From contig OZ024752.1 in the NCBI GenBank assembly GCA_964016885.1, positions 18,910,001 to 18,974,000 of the forward strand: a stretch of DNA of 64,000 bases. Reading direction: 5' to 3'. The position numbers and the translations under genes were made by a program. Origin of the DNA: Eledone cirrhosa (Eukaryota). Each line of letters starts with the position of its first letter. Position 1 is the first letter of the stretch. The notes below the pieces were generated by a model. The model did no database searches, was not told where the DNA came from, and saw nothing but the letters and a program-made list of their open reading frames with translations. This document shows, piece by piece, positions 11,984 to 26,900 of this stretch.

Positions 11984-14900
11984 GATCGAGTATCGAAAAA
12001 TCGGCGCACGAGTTAACGAAAAACGAAATCCGATATGAGCGGCAGAGGGCTCAATAATTCAGATGAATCAGAGCTATAACTATCGTTAAAGTACCGTCAC
12101 ATATAGAACAAGTCTACAATCAACCATACGATTTAAAATCGATAAAGGAAGATTCGGGCCAAACAGATAAAAAATATCAATAAAACAATACGTCAATAAT
12201 TTAAATGAATGTAAAATCATACCCGGACCCACTAGAAAGGTGTTAAATCTAGCTTCATGGGTTTCTGTAAATCCTTAGACAGTACTCTATCAGCTCACAT
12301 ATAAATATAAAAGCCTACTAGAATAAGTGGAATGGAGTTTACGTCGTCAACGAGTTTTATCCTGGCGGCAAAGGAGTCAACTAGCGGTGAAAAACGCACA
12401 TGGCATTAGACAAGGGAGATGACCCCTATATCCGCGAAAATAATTCGAGTGAATGTGGAAATACACATATCGAATTAGAGTGCTCAATAGACATGTTAAA
12501 ATAAAACAAAAGCTATTCATCACTCAATAGAATCGACAAAATATGAGCAATAAAATTAACTGGTGGATAGCTATGTCCAGAGCTAAATATATTAGAAAGA
12601 TCGAGTATCGAAAAATCGGCGCACGAGTTAACGAAAAACGAAATCCGATATGAGCGGCAGAGGGCTCAATAATTCAGATGAATCAGAGCTATAACTATCG
12701 TTAAAGTACCGTCACATATAGAACAAGTCTACAATCAACCATACGATTTAAAATCGATAAAGGAAGATTCGGGCCAAACAGATAAAAAATATCAATAAAA
12801 CAATACGTCAATAATTTAAATGAATGTAAAATCATACCCGGACCCACTAGAAAGGTGTTAAATCTAGCTTCATGGGTTTCTGTAAATCCTTAGACAGTAC
12901 TCTATCAGCTCACATATAAATATAAAAGCCTACTAGAATAAGTGGAATGGAGTTTACGTCGTCAACGAGTTTTATCCTGGCGGCAAAGGAGTCAACTAGC
13001 GGTGAAAAACGCACATGGCATTAGACAAGGGAGATGACCCCTATATCCGCGAAAATAATTCGAGTGAATGTGGAAATACACATATCGAATTAGAGTGCTC
13101 AATAGACATGTTAAAATAAAACAAAAGCTATTCATCACTCAATAGAATCGACAAAATATGAGCAATAAAATTAACTGGTGGATAGCTATGTCCAGAGCTA
13201 AATATATTAGAAAGATCGAGTATCGAAAAATCGGCGCACGAGTTAACGAAAAACGAAATCCGATATGAGCGGCAGAGGGCTCAATAATTCAGATGAATCA
13301 GAGCTATAACTATCGTTAAAGTACCGTCACATATAGAACAAGTCTACAATCAACCATACGATTTAAAATCGATAAAGGAAGATTCGGGCCAAACAGATAA
13401 AAAATATCAATAAAACAATACGTCAATAATTTAAATGAATGTAAAATCATACCCGGACCCACTAGAAAGGTGTTAAATCTAGCTTCATGGGTTTCTGTAA
13501 ATCCTTAGACAGTACTCTATCAGCTCACATATAAATATAAAAGCCTACTAGAATAAGTGGAATGGAGTTTACGTCGTCAACGAGTTTTATCCTGGCGGCA
13601 AAGGAGTCAACTAGCGGTGAAAAACGCACATGGCATTAGACAAGGGAGATGACCCCTATATCCGCGAAAATAATTCGAGTGAATGTGGAAATACACATAT
13701 CGAATTAGAGTGCTCAATAGACATGTTAAAATAAAACAAAAGCTATTCATCACTCAATAGAATCGACAAAATATGAGCAATAAAATTAACTGGTGGATAG
13801 CTATGTCCAGAGCTAAATATATTAGAAAGATCGAGTATCGAAAAATCGGCGCACGAGTTAACGAAAAACGAAATCCGATATGAGCGGCAGAGGGCTCAAT
13901 AATTCAGATGAATCAGAGCTATAACTATCGTTAAAGTACCGTCACATATAGAACAAGTCTACAATCAACCATACGATTTAAAATCGATAAAGGAAGATTC
14001 GGGCCAAACAGATAAAAAATATCAATAAAACAATACGTCAATAATTTAAATGAATGTAAAATCATACCCGGACCCACTAGAAAGGTGTTAAATCTAGCTT
14101 CATGGGTTTCTGTAAATCCTTAGACAGTACTCTATCAGCTCACATATAAATATAAAAGCCTACTAGAATAAGTGGAATGGAGTTTACGTCGTCAACGAGT
14201 TTTATCCTGGCGGCAAAGGAGTCAACTAGCGGTGAAAAACGCACATGGCATTAGACAAGGGAGATGACCCCTATATCCGCGAAAATAATTCGAGTGAATG
14301 TGGAAATACACATATCGAATTAGAGTGCTCAATAGACATGTTAAAATAAAACAAAAGCTATTCATCACTCAATAGAATCGACAAAATATGAGCAATAAAA
14401 TTAACTGGTGGATAGCTATGTCCAGAGCTAAATATATTAGAAAGATCGAGTATCGAAAAATCGGCGCACGAGTTAACGAAAAACGAAATCCGATATGAGC
14501 GGCAGAGGGCTCAATAATTCAGATGAATCAGAGCTATAACTATCGTTAAAGTACCGTCACATATAGAACAAGTCTACAATCAACCATACGATTTAAAATC
14601 GATAAAGGAAGATTCGGGCCAAACAGATAAAAAATATCAATAAAACAATACGTCAATAATTTAAATGAATGTAAAATCATACCCGGACCCACTAGAAAGG
14701 TGTTAAATCTAGCTTCATGGGTTTCTGTAAATCCTTAGACAGTACTCTATCAGCTCACATATAAATATAAAAGCCTACTAGAATAAGTGGAATGGAGTTT
14801 ACGTCGTCAACGAGTTTTATCCTGGCGGCAAAGGAGTCAACTAGCGGTGAAAAACGCACATGGCATTAGACAAGGGAGATGACCCCTATATCCGCGAAAA

Positions 14901-17900
14901 TAATTCGAGTGAATGTGGAAATACACATATCGAATTAGAGTGCTCAATAGACATGTTAAAATAAAACAAAAGCTATTCATCACTCAATAGAATCGACAAA
15001 ATATGAGCAATAAAATTAACTGGTGGATAGCTATGTCCAGAGCTAAATATATTAGAAAGATCGAGTATCGAAAAATCGGCGCACGAGTTAACGAAAAACG
15101 AAATCCGATATGAGCGGCAGAGGGCTCAATAATTCAGATGAATCAGAGCTATAACTATCGTTAAAGTACCGTCACATATAGAACAAGTCTACAATCAACC
15201 ATACGATTTAAAATCGATAAAGGAAGATTCGGGCCAAACAGATAAAAAATATCAATAAAACAATACGTCAATAATTTAAATGAATGTAAAATCATACCCG
15301 GACCCACTAGAAAGGTGTTAAATCTAGCTTCATGGGTTTCTGTAAATCCTTAGACAGTACTCTATCAGCTCACATATAAATATAAAAGCCTACTAGAATA
15401 AGTGGAATGGAGTTTACGTCGTCAACGAGTTTTATCCTGGCGGCAAAGGAGTCAACTAGCGGTGAAAAACGCACATGGCATTAGACAAGGGAGATGACCC
15501 CTATATCCGCGAAAATAATTCGAGTGAATGTGGAAATACACATATCGAATTAGAGTGCTCAATAGACATGTTAAAATAAAACAAAAGCTATTCATCACTC
15601 AATAGAATCGACAAAATATGAGCAATAAAATTAACTGGTGGATAGCTATGTCCAGAGCTAAATATATTAGAAAGATCGAGTATCGAAAAATCGGCGCACG
15701 AGTTAACGAAAAACGAAATCCGATATGAGCGGCAGAGGGCCCAATAATTCAGATGAATCAGAGCTATAACTATCGTTAAAGTACCGTCACATATAGAACA
15801 AGTCTACAATCAACCATACGATTTAAAATCGATAAAGGAAGATTCGGGCCAAACAGATAAAAAATATCAATAAAACAATACGTCAATAATTTAAATGAAT
15901 GTAAAATCATACCCGGACCCACTAGAAAGGTGTTAAATCTAGCTTCATGGGTTTCTGTAAATCCTTAGACAGTACTCTATCAGCTCACATATAAATATAA
16001 AAGCCTACTAGAATAAGTGGAATGGAGTTTACGTCGTCAACGAGTTTTATCCTGGCGGCAAAGGAGTCAACTAGCGGTGAAAAACGCACATGGCATTAGA
16101 CAAGGGAGATGACCCCTATATCCGCGAAAATAATTCGAGTGAATGTGGAAATACACATATCGAATTAGAGTGCTCAATAGACATGTTAAAATAAAACAAA
16201 AGCTATTCATCACTCAATAGAATCGACAAAATATGAGCAATAAAATTAACTGGTGGATAGCTATGTCCAGAGCTAAATATATTAGAAAGATCGAGTATCG
16301 AAAAATCGGCGCACGAGTTAACGAAAAACGAAATCCGATATGAGCGGCAGAGGGCTCAATAATTCAGATGAATCAGAGCTATAACTATCGTTAAAGTACC
16401 GTCACATATAGAACAAGTCTACAATCAACCATACGATTTAAAATCGATAAAGGAAGATTCGGGCCAAACAGATAAAAAATATCAATAAAACAATACGTCA
16501 ATAATTTAAATGAATGTAAAATCATACCCGGACCCACTAGAAAGGTGTTAAATCTAGCTTCATGGGTTTCTGTAAATCCTTAGACAGTACTCTATCAGCT
16601 CACATATAAATATAAAAGCCTACTAGAATAAGTGGAATGGAGTTTACGTCGTCAACGAGTTTTATCCTGGCGGCAAAGGAGTCAACTAGCGGTGAAAAAC
16701 GCACATGGCATTAGACAAGGGAGATGACCCCTATATCCGCGAAAATAATTCGAGTGAATGTGGAAATACACATATCGAATTAGAGTGCTCAATAGACATG
16801 TTAAAATAAAACAAAAGCTATTCATCACTCAATAGAATCGACAAAATATGAGCAATAAAATTAACTGGTGGATAGCTATGTCCAGAGCTAAATATATTAG
16901 AAAGATCGAGTATCGAAAAATCGGCGCACGAGTTAACGAAAAACGAAATCCGATATGAGCGGCAGAGGGCTCAATAATTCAGATGAATCAGAGCTATAAC
17001 TATCGTTAAAGTACCGTCACATATAGAACAAGTCTACAATCAACCATACGATTTAAAATCGATAAAGGAAGATTCGGGCCAAACAGATAAAAAATATCAA
17101 TAAAACAATACGTCAATAATTTAAATGAATGTAAAATCATACCCGGACCCACTAGAAAGGTGTTAAATCTAGCTTCATGGGTTTCTGTAAATCCTTAGAC
17201 AGTACTCTATCAGCTCACATATAAATATAAAAGCCTACTAGAATAAGTGGAATGGAGTTTACGTCGTCAACGAGTTTTATCCTGGCGGCAAAGGAGTCAA
17301 CTAGCGGTGAAAAACGCACATGGCATTAGACAAGGGAGATGACCCCTATATCCGCGAAAATAATTCGAGTGAATGTGGAAATACACATATCGAATTAGAG
17401 TGCTCAATAGACATGTTAAAATAAAACAAAAGCTATTCATCACTCAATAGAATCGACAAAATATGAGCAATAAAATTAACTGGTGGATAGCTATGTCCAG
17501 AGCTAAATATATTAGAAAGATCGAGTATCGAAAAATCGGCGCACGAGTTAACGAAAAACGAAATCCGATATGAGCGGCAGAGGGCTCAATAATTCAGATG
17601 AATCAGAGCTATAACTATCGTTAAAGTACCGTCACATATAGAACAAGTCTACAATCAACCATACGATTTAAAATCGATAAAGGAAGATTCGGGCCAAACA
17701 GATAAAAAATATCAATAAAACAATACGTCAATAATTTAAATGAATGTAAAATCATACCCGGACCCACTAGAAAGGTGTTAAATCTAGCTTCATGGGTTTC
17801 TGTAAATCCTTAGACAGTACTCTATCAGCTCACATATAAATATAAAAGCCTACTAGAATAAGTGGAATGGAGTTTACGTCGTCAACGAGTTTTATCCTGG

Positions 17901-20900
17901 CGGCAAAGGAGTCAACTAGCGGTGAAAAACGCACATGGCATTAGACAAGGGAGATGACCCCTATATCCGCGAAAATAATTCGAGTGAATGTGGAAATACA
18001 CATATCGAATTAGAGTGCTCAATAGACATGTTAAAATAAAACAAAAGCTATTCATCACTCAATAGAATCGACAAAATATGAGCAATAAAATTAACTGGTG
18101 GATAGCTATGTCCAGAGCTAAATATATTAGAAAGATCGAGTATCGAAAAATCGGCGCACGAGTTAACGAAAAACGAAATCCGATATGAGCGGCAGAGGGC
18201 TCAATAATTCAGATGAATCAGAGCTATAACTATCGTTAAAGTACCGTCACATATAGAACAAGTCTACAATCAACCATACGATTTAAAATCGATAAAGGAA
18301 GATTCGGGCCAAACAGATAAAAAATATCAATAAAACAATACGTCAATAATTTAAATGAATGTAAAATCATACCCGGACCCACTAGAAAGGTGTTAAATCT
18401 AGCTTCATGGGTTTCTGTAAATCCTTAGACAGTACTCTATCAGCTCACATATAAATATAAAAGCCTACTAGAATAAGTGGAATGGAGTTTACGTCGTCAA
18501 CGAGTTTTATCCTGGCGGCAAAGGAGTCAACTAGCGGTGAAAAACGCACATGGCATTAGACAAGGGAGATGACCCCTATATCCGCGAAAATAATTCGAGT
18601 GAATGTGGAAATACACATATCGAATTAGAGTGCTCAATAGACATGTTAAAATAAAACAAAAGCTATTCATCACTCAATAGAATCGACAAAATATGAGCAA
18701 TAAAATTAACTGGTGGATAGCTATGTCCAGAGCTAAATATATTAGAAAGATCGAGTATCGAAAAATCGGCGCACGAGTTAACGAAAAACGAAATCCGATA
18801 TGAGCGGCAGAGGGCTCAATAATTCAGATGAATCAGAGCTATAACTATCGTTAAAGTACCGTCACATATAGAACAAGTCTACAATCAACCATACGATTTA
18901 AAATCGATAAAGGAAGATTCGGGCCAAACAGATAAAAAATATCAATAAAACAATACGTCAATAATTTAAATGAATGTAAAATCATACCCGGACCCACTAG
19001 AAAGGTGTTAAATCTAGCTTCATGGGTTTCTGTAAATCCTTAGACAGTACTCTATCAGCTCACATATAAATATAAAAGCCTACTAGAATAAGTGGAATGG
19101 AGTTTACGTCGTCAACGAGTTTTATCCTGGCGGCAAAGGAGTCAACTAGCGGTGAAAAACGCACATGGCATTAGACAAGGGAGATGACCCCTATATCCGC
19201 GAAAATAATTCGAGTGAATGTGGAAATACACATATCGAATTAGAGTGCTCAATAGACATGTTAAAATAAAACAAAAGCTATTCATCACTCAATAGAATCG
19301 ACAAAATATGAGCAATAAAATTAACTGGTGGATAGCTATGTCCAGAGCTAAATATATTAGAAAGATCGAGTATCGAAAAATCGGCGCACGAGTTAACGAA
19401 AAACGAAATCCGATATGAGCGGCAGAGGGCTCAATAATTCAGATGAATCAGAGCTATAACTATCGTTAAAGTACCGTCACATATAGAACAAGTCTACAAT
19501 CAACCATACGATTTAAAATCGATAAAGGAAGATTCGGGCCAAACAGATAAAAAATATCAATAAAACAATACGTCAATAATTTAAATGAATGTAAAATCAT
19601 ACCCGGACCCACTAGAAAGGTGTTAAATCTAGCTTCATGGGTTTCTGTAAATCCTTAGACAGTACTCTATCAGCTCACATATAAATATAAAAGCCTACTA
19701 GAATAAGTGGAATGGAGTTTACGTCGTCAACGAGTTTTATCCTGGCGGCAAAGGAGTCAACTAGCGGTGAAAAACGCACATGGCATTAGACAAGGGAGAT
19801 GACCCCTATATCCGCGAAAATAATTCGAGTGAATGTGGAAATACACATATCGAATTAGAGTGCTCAATAGACATGTTAAAATAAAACAAAAGCTATTCAT
19901 CACTCAATAGAATCGACAAAATATGAGCAATAAAATTAACTGGTGGATAGCTATGTCCAGAGCTAAATATATTAGAAAGATCGAGTATCGAAAAATCGGC
20001 GCACGAGTTAACGAAAAACGAAATCCGATATGAGCGGCAGAGGGCTCAATAATTCAGATGAATCAGAGCTATAACTATCGTTAAAGTACCGTCACATATA
20101 GAACAAGTCTACAATCAACCATACGATTTAAAATCGATAAAGGAAGATTCGGGCCAAACAGATAAAAAATATCAATAAAACAATACGTCAATAATTTAAA
20201 TGAATGTAAAATCATACCCGGACCCACTAGAAAGGTGTTAAATCTAGCTTCATGGGTTTCTGTAAATCCTTAGACAGTACTCTATCAGCTCACATATAAA
20301 TATAAAAGCCTACTAGAATAAGTGGAATGGAGTTTACGTCGTCAACGAGTTTTATCCTGGCGGCAAAGGAGTCAACTAGCGGTGAAAAACGCACATGGCA
20401 TTAGACAAGGGAGATGACCCCTATATCCGCGAAAATAATTCGAGTGAATGTGGAAATACACATATCGAATTAGAGTGCTCAATAGACATGTTAAAATAAA
20501 ACAAAAGCTATTCATCACTCAATAGAATCGACAAAATATGAGCAATAAAATTAACTGGTGGATAGCTATGTCCAGAGCTAAATATATTAGAAAGATCGAG
20601 TATCGAAAAATCGGCGCACGAGTTAACGAAAAACGAAATCCGATATGAGCGGCAGAGGGCTCAATAATTCAGATGAATCAGAGCTATAACTATCGTTAAA
20701 GTACCGTCACATATAGAACAAGTCTACAATCAACCATACGATTTAAAATCGATAAAGGAAGATTCGGGCCAAACAGATAAAAAATATCAATAAAACAATA
20801 CGTCAATAATTTAAATGAATGTAAAATCATACCCGGACCCACTAGAAAGGTGTTAAATCTAGCTTCATGGGTTTCTGTAAATCCTTAGACAGTACTCTAT

Positions 20901-23900
20901 CAGCTCACATATAAATATAAAAGCCTACTAGAATAAGTGGAATGGAGTTTACGTCGTCAACGAGTTTTATCCTGGCGGCAAAGGAGTCAACTAGCGGTGA
21001 AAAACGCACATGGCATTAGACAAGGGAGATGACCCCTATATCCGCGAAAATAATTCGAGTGAATGTGGAAATACACATATCGAATTAGAGTGCTCAATAG
21101 ACATGTTAAAATAAAACAAAAGCTATTCATCACTCAATAGAATCGACAAAATATGAGCAATAAAATTAACTGGTGGATAGCTATGTCCAGAGCTAAATAT
21201 ATTAGAAAGATCGAGTATCGAAAAATCGGCGCACGAGTTAACGAAAAACGAAATCCGATATGAGCGGCAGAGGGCTCAATAATTCAGATGAATCAGAGCT
21301 ATAACTATCGTTAAAGTACCGTCACATATAGAACAAGTCTACAATCAACCATACGATTTAAAATCGATAAAGGAAGATTCGGGCCAAACAGATAAAAAAT
21401 ATCAATAAAACAATACGTCAATAATTTAAATGAATGTAAAATCATACCCGGACCCACTAGAAAGGTGTTAAATCTAGCTTCATGGGTTTCTGTAAATCCT
21501 TAGACAGTACTCTATCAGCTCACATATAAATATAAAAGCCTACTAGAATAAGTGGAATGGAGTTTACGTCGTCAACGAGTTTTATCCTGGCGGCAAAGGA
21601 GTCAACTAGCGGTGAAAAACGCACATGGCATTAGACAAGGGAGATGACCCCTATATCCGCGAAAATAATTCGAGTGAATGTGGAAATACACATATCGAAT
21701 TAGAGTGCTCAATAGACATGTTAAAATAAAACAAAAGCTATTCATCACTCAATAGAATCGACAAAATATGAGCAATAAAATTAACTGGTGGATAGCTATG
21801 TCCAGAGCTAAATATATTAGAAAGATCGAGTATCGAAAAATCGGCGCACGAGTTAACGAAAAACGAAATCCGATATGAGCGGCAGAGGGCTCAATAATTC
21901 AGATGAATCAGAGCTATAACTATCGTTAAAGTACCGTCACATATAGAACAAGTCTACAATCAACCATACGATTTAAAATCGATAAAGGAAGATTCGGGCC
22001 AAACAGATAAAAAATATCAATAAAACAATACGTCAATAATTTAAATGAATGTAAAATCATACCCGGACCCACTAGAAAGGTGTTAAATCTAGCTTCATGG
22101 GTTTCTGTAAATCCTTAGACAGTACTCTATCAGCTCACATATAAATATAAAAGCCTACTAGAATAAGTGGAATGGAGTTTACGTCGTCAACGAGTTTTAT
22201 CCTGGCGGCAAAGGAGTCAACTAGCGGTGAAAAACGCACATGGCATTAGACAAGGGAGATGACCCCTATATCCGCGAAAATAATTCGAGTGAATGTGGAA
22301 ATACACATATCGAATTAGAGTGCTCAATAGACATGTTAAAATAAAACAAAAGCTATTCATCACTCAATAGAATCGACAAAATATGAGCAATAAAATTAAC
22401 TGGTGGATAGCTATGTCCAGAGCTAAATATATTAGAAAGATCGAGTATCGAAAAATCGGCGCACGAGTTAACGAAAAACGAAATCCGATATGAGCGGCAG
22501 AGGGCTCAATAATTCAGATGAATCAGAGCTATAACTATCGTTAAAGTACCGTCACATATAGAACAAGTCTACAATCAACCATACGATTTAAAATCGATAA
22601 AGGAAGATTCGGGCCAAACAGATAAAAAATATCAATAAAACAATACGTCAATAATTTAAATGAATGTAAAATCATACCCGGACCCACTAGAAAGGTGTTA
22701 AATCTAGCTTCATGGGTTTCTGTAAATCCTTAGACAGTACTCTATCAGCTCACATATAAATATAAAAGCCTACTAGAATAAGTGGAATGGAGTTTACGTC
22801 GTCAACGAGTTTTATCCTGGCGGCAAAGGAGTCAACTAGCGGTGAAAAACGCACATGGCATTAGACAAGGGAGATGACCCCTATATCCGCGAAAATAATT
22901 CGAGTGAATGTGGAAATACACATATCGAATTAGAGTGCTCAATAGACATGTTAAAATAAAACAAAAGCTATTCATCACTCAATAGAATCGACAAAATATG
23001 AGCAATAAAATTAACTGGTGGATAGCTATGTCCAGAGCTAAATATATTAGAAAGATCGAGTATCGAAAAATCGGCGCACGAGTTAACGAAAAACGAAATC
23101 CGATATGAGCGGCAGAGGGCTCAATAATTCAGATGAATCAGAGCTATAACTATCGTTAAAGTACCGTCACATATAGAACAAGTCTACAATCAACCATACG
23201 ATTTAAAATCGATAAAGGAAGATTCGGGCCAAACAGATAAAAAATATCAATAAAACAATACGTCAATAATTTAAATGAATGTAAAATCATACCCGGACCC
23301 ACTAGAAAGGTGTTAAATCTAGCTTCATGGGTTTCTGTAAATCCTTAGACAGTACTCTATCAGCTCACATATAAATATAAAAGCCTACTAGAATAAGTGG
23401 AATGGAGTTTACGTCGTCAACGAGTTTTATCCTGGCGGCAAAGGAGTCAACTAGCGGTGAAAAACGCACATGGCATTAGACAAGGGAGATGACCCCTATA
23501 TCCGCGAAAATAATTCGAGTGAATGTGGAAATACACATATCGAATTAGAGTGCTCAATAGACATGTTAAAATAAAACAAAAGCTATTCATCACTCAATAG
23601 AATCGACAAAATATGAGCAATAAAATTAACTGGTGGATAGCTATGTCCAGAGCTAAATATATTAGAAAGATCGAGTATCGAAAAATCGGCGCACGAGTTA
23701 ACGAAAAACGAAATCCGATATGAGCGGCAGAGGGCTCAATAATTCAGATGAATCAGAGCTATAACTATCGTTAAAGTACCGTCACATATAGAACAAGTCT
23801 ACAATCAACCATACGATTTAAAATCGATAAAGGAAGATTCGGGCCAAACAGATAAAAAATATCAATAAAACAATACGTCAATAATTTAAATGAATGTAAA

Positions 23901-26900
23901 ATCATACCCGGACCCACTAGAAAGGTGTTAAATCTAGCTTCATGGGTTTCTGTAAATCCTTAGACAGTACTCTATCAGCTCACATATAAATATAAAAGCC
24001 TACTAGAATAAGTGGAATGGAGTTTACGTCGTCAACGAGTTTTATCCTGGCGGCAAAGGAGTCAACTAGCGGTGAAAAACGCACATGGCATTAGACAAGG
24101 GAGATGACCCCTATATCCGCGAAAATAATTCGAGTGAATGTGGAAATACACATATCGAATTAGAGTGCTCAATAGACATGTTAAAATAAAACAAAAGCTA
24201 TTCATCACTCAATAGAATCGACAAAATATGAGCAATAAAATTAACTGGTGGATAGCTATGTCCAGAGCTAAATATATTAGAAAGATCGAGTATCGAAAAA
24301 TCGGCGCACGAGTTAACGAAAAACGAAATCCGATATGAGCGGCAGAGGGCTCAATAATTCAGATGAATCAGAGCTATAACTATCGTTAAAGTACCGTCAC
24401 ATATAGAACAAGTCTACAATCAACCATACGATTTAAAATCGATAAAGGAAGATTCGGGCCAAACAGATAAAAAATATCAATAAAACAATACGTCAATAAT
24501 TTAAATGAATGTAAAATCATACCCGGACCCACTAGAAAGGTGTTAAATCTAGCTTCATGGGTTTCTGTAAATCCTTAGACAGTACTCTATCAGCTCACAT
24601 ATAAATATAAAAGCCTACTAGAATAAGTGGAATGGAGTTTACGTCGTCAACGAGTTTTATCCTGGCGGCAAAGGAGTCAACTAGCGGTGAAAAACGCACA
24701 TGGCATTAGACAAGGGAGATGACCCCTATATCCGCGAAAATAATTCGAGTGAATGTGGAAATACACATATCGAATTAGAGTGCTCAATAGACATGTTAAA
24801 ATAAAACAAAAGCTATTCATCACTCAATAGAATCGACAAAATATGAGCAATAAAATTAACTGGTGGATAGCTATGTCCAGAGCTAAATATATTAGAAAGA
24901 TCGAGTATCGAAAAATCGGCGCACGAGTTAACGAAAAACGAAATCCGATATGAGCGGCAGAGGGCTCAATAATTCAGATGAATCAGAGCTATAACTATCG
25001 TTAAAGTACCGTCACATATAGAACAAGTCTACAATCAACCATACGATTTAAAATCGATAAAGGAAGATTCGGGCCAAACAGATAAAAAATATCAATAAAA
25101 CAATACGTCAATAATTTAAATGAATGTAAAATCATACCCGGACCCACTAGAAAGGTGTTAAATCTAGCTTCATGGGTTTCTGTAAATCCTTAGACAGTAC
25201 TCTATCAGCTCACATATAAATATAAAAGCCTACTAGAATAAGTGGAATGGAGTTTACGTCGTCAACGAGTTTTATCCTGGCGGCAAAGGAGTCAACTAGC
25301 GGTGAAAAACGCACATGGCATTAGATAAGGGAGATGACCCCTATATCCGCGAAAATAATTCGAGTGAATGTGGAAATACACATATCGAATTAGAGTGCTC
25401 AATAGACATGTTAAAATAAAACAAAAGCTATTCATCACTCAATAGAATCGACAAAATATGAGCAATAAAATTAACTGGTGGATAGCTATGTCCAGAGCTA
25501 AATATATTAGAAAGATCGAGTATCGAAAAATCGGCGCACGAGTTAACGAAAAACGAAATCCGATATGAGCGGCAGAGGGCTCAATAATTCAGATGAATCA
25601 GAGCTATAACTATCGTTAAAGTACCGTCACATATAGAACAAGTCTACAATCAACCATACGATTTAAAATCGATAAAGGAAGATTCGGGCCAAACAGATAA
25701 AAAATATCAATAAAACAATACGTCAATAATTTAAATGAATGTAAAATCATACCCGGACCCACTAGAAAGGTGTTAAATCTAGCTTCATGGGTTTCTGTAA
25801 ATCCTTAGACAGTACTCTATCAGCTCACATATAAATATAAAAGCCTACTAGAATAAGTGGAATGGAGTTTACGTCGTCAACGAGTTTTATCCTGGCGGCA
25901 AAGGAGTCAACTAGCGGTGAAAAACGCACATGGCATTAGACAAGGGAGATGACCCCTATATCCGCGAAAATAATTCGAGTGAATGTGGAAATACACATAT
26001 CGAATTAGAGTGCTCAATAGACATGTTAAAATAAAACAAAAGCTATTCATCACTCAATAGAATCGACAAAATATGAGCAATAAAATTAACTGGTGGATAG
26101 CTATGTCCAGAGCTAAATATATTAGAAAGATCGAGTATCGAAAAATCGGCGCACGAGTTAACGAAAAACGAAATCCGATATGAGCGGCAGAGGGCTCAAT
26201 AATTCAGATGAATCAGAGCTATAACTATCGTTAAAGTACCGTCACATATAGAACAAGTCTACAATCAACCATACGATTTAAAATCGATAAAGGAAGATTC
26301 GGGCCAAACAGATAAAAAATATCAATAAAACAATACGTCAATAATTTAAATGAATGTAAAATCATACCCGGACCCACTAGAAAGGTGTTAAATCTAGCTT
26401 CATGGGTTTCTGTAAATCCTTAGACAGTACTCTATCAGCTCACATATAAATATAAAAGCCTACTAGAATAAGTGGAATGGAGTTTACGTCGTCAACGAGT
26501 TTTATCCTGGCGGCAAAGGAGTCAACTAGCGGTGAAAAACGCACATGGCATTAGACAAGGGAGATGACCCCTATATCCGCGAAAATAATTCGAGTGAATG
26601 TGGAAATACACATATCGAATTAGAGTGCTCAATAGACATGTTAAAATAAAACAAAAGCTATTCATCACTCAATAGAATCGACAAAATATGAGCAATAAAA
26701 TTAACTGGTGGATAGCTATGTCCAGAGCTAAATATATTAGAAAGATCGAGTATCGAAAAATCGGCGCACGAGTTAACGAAAAACGAAATCCGATATGAGC
26801 GGCAGAGGGCTCAATAATTCAGATGAATCAGAGCTATAACTATCGTTAAAGTACCGTCACATATAGAACAAGTCTACAATCAACCATACGATTTAAAATC

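Noticed and set aside
12255-12297. Alternative hammerhead reading CUGAUAGA...CAGAAAC in the 615 unit
   Set aside because: No stem I or NUH site closes this register. The UUGACGA register closes all three stems and was preferred.
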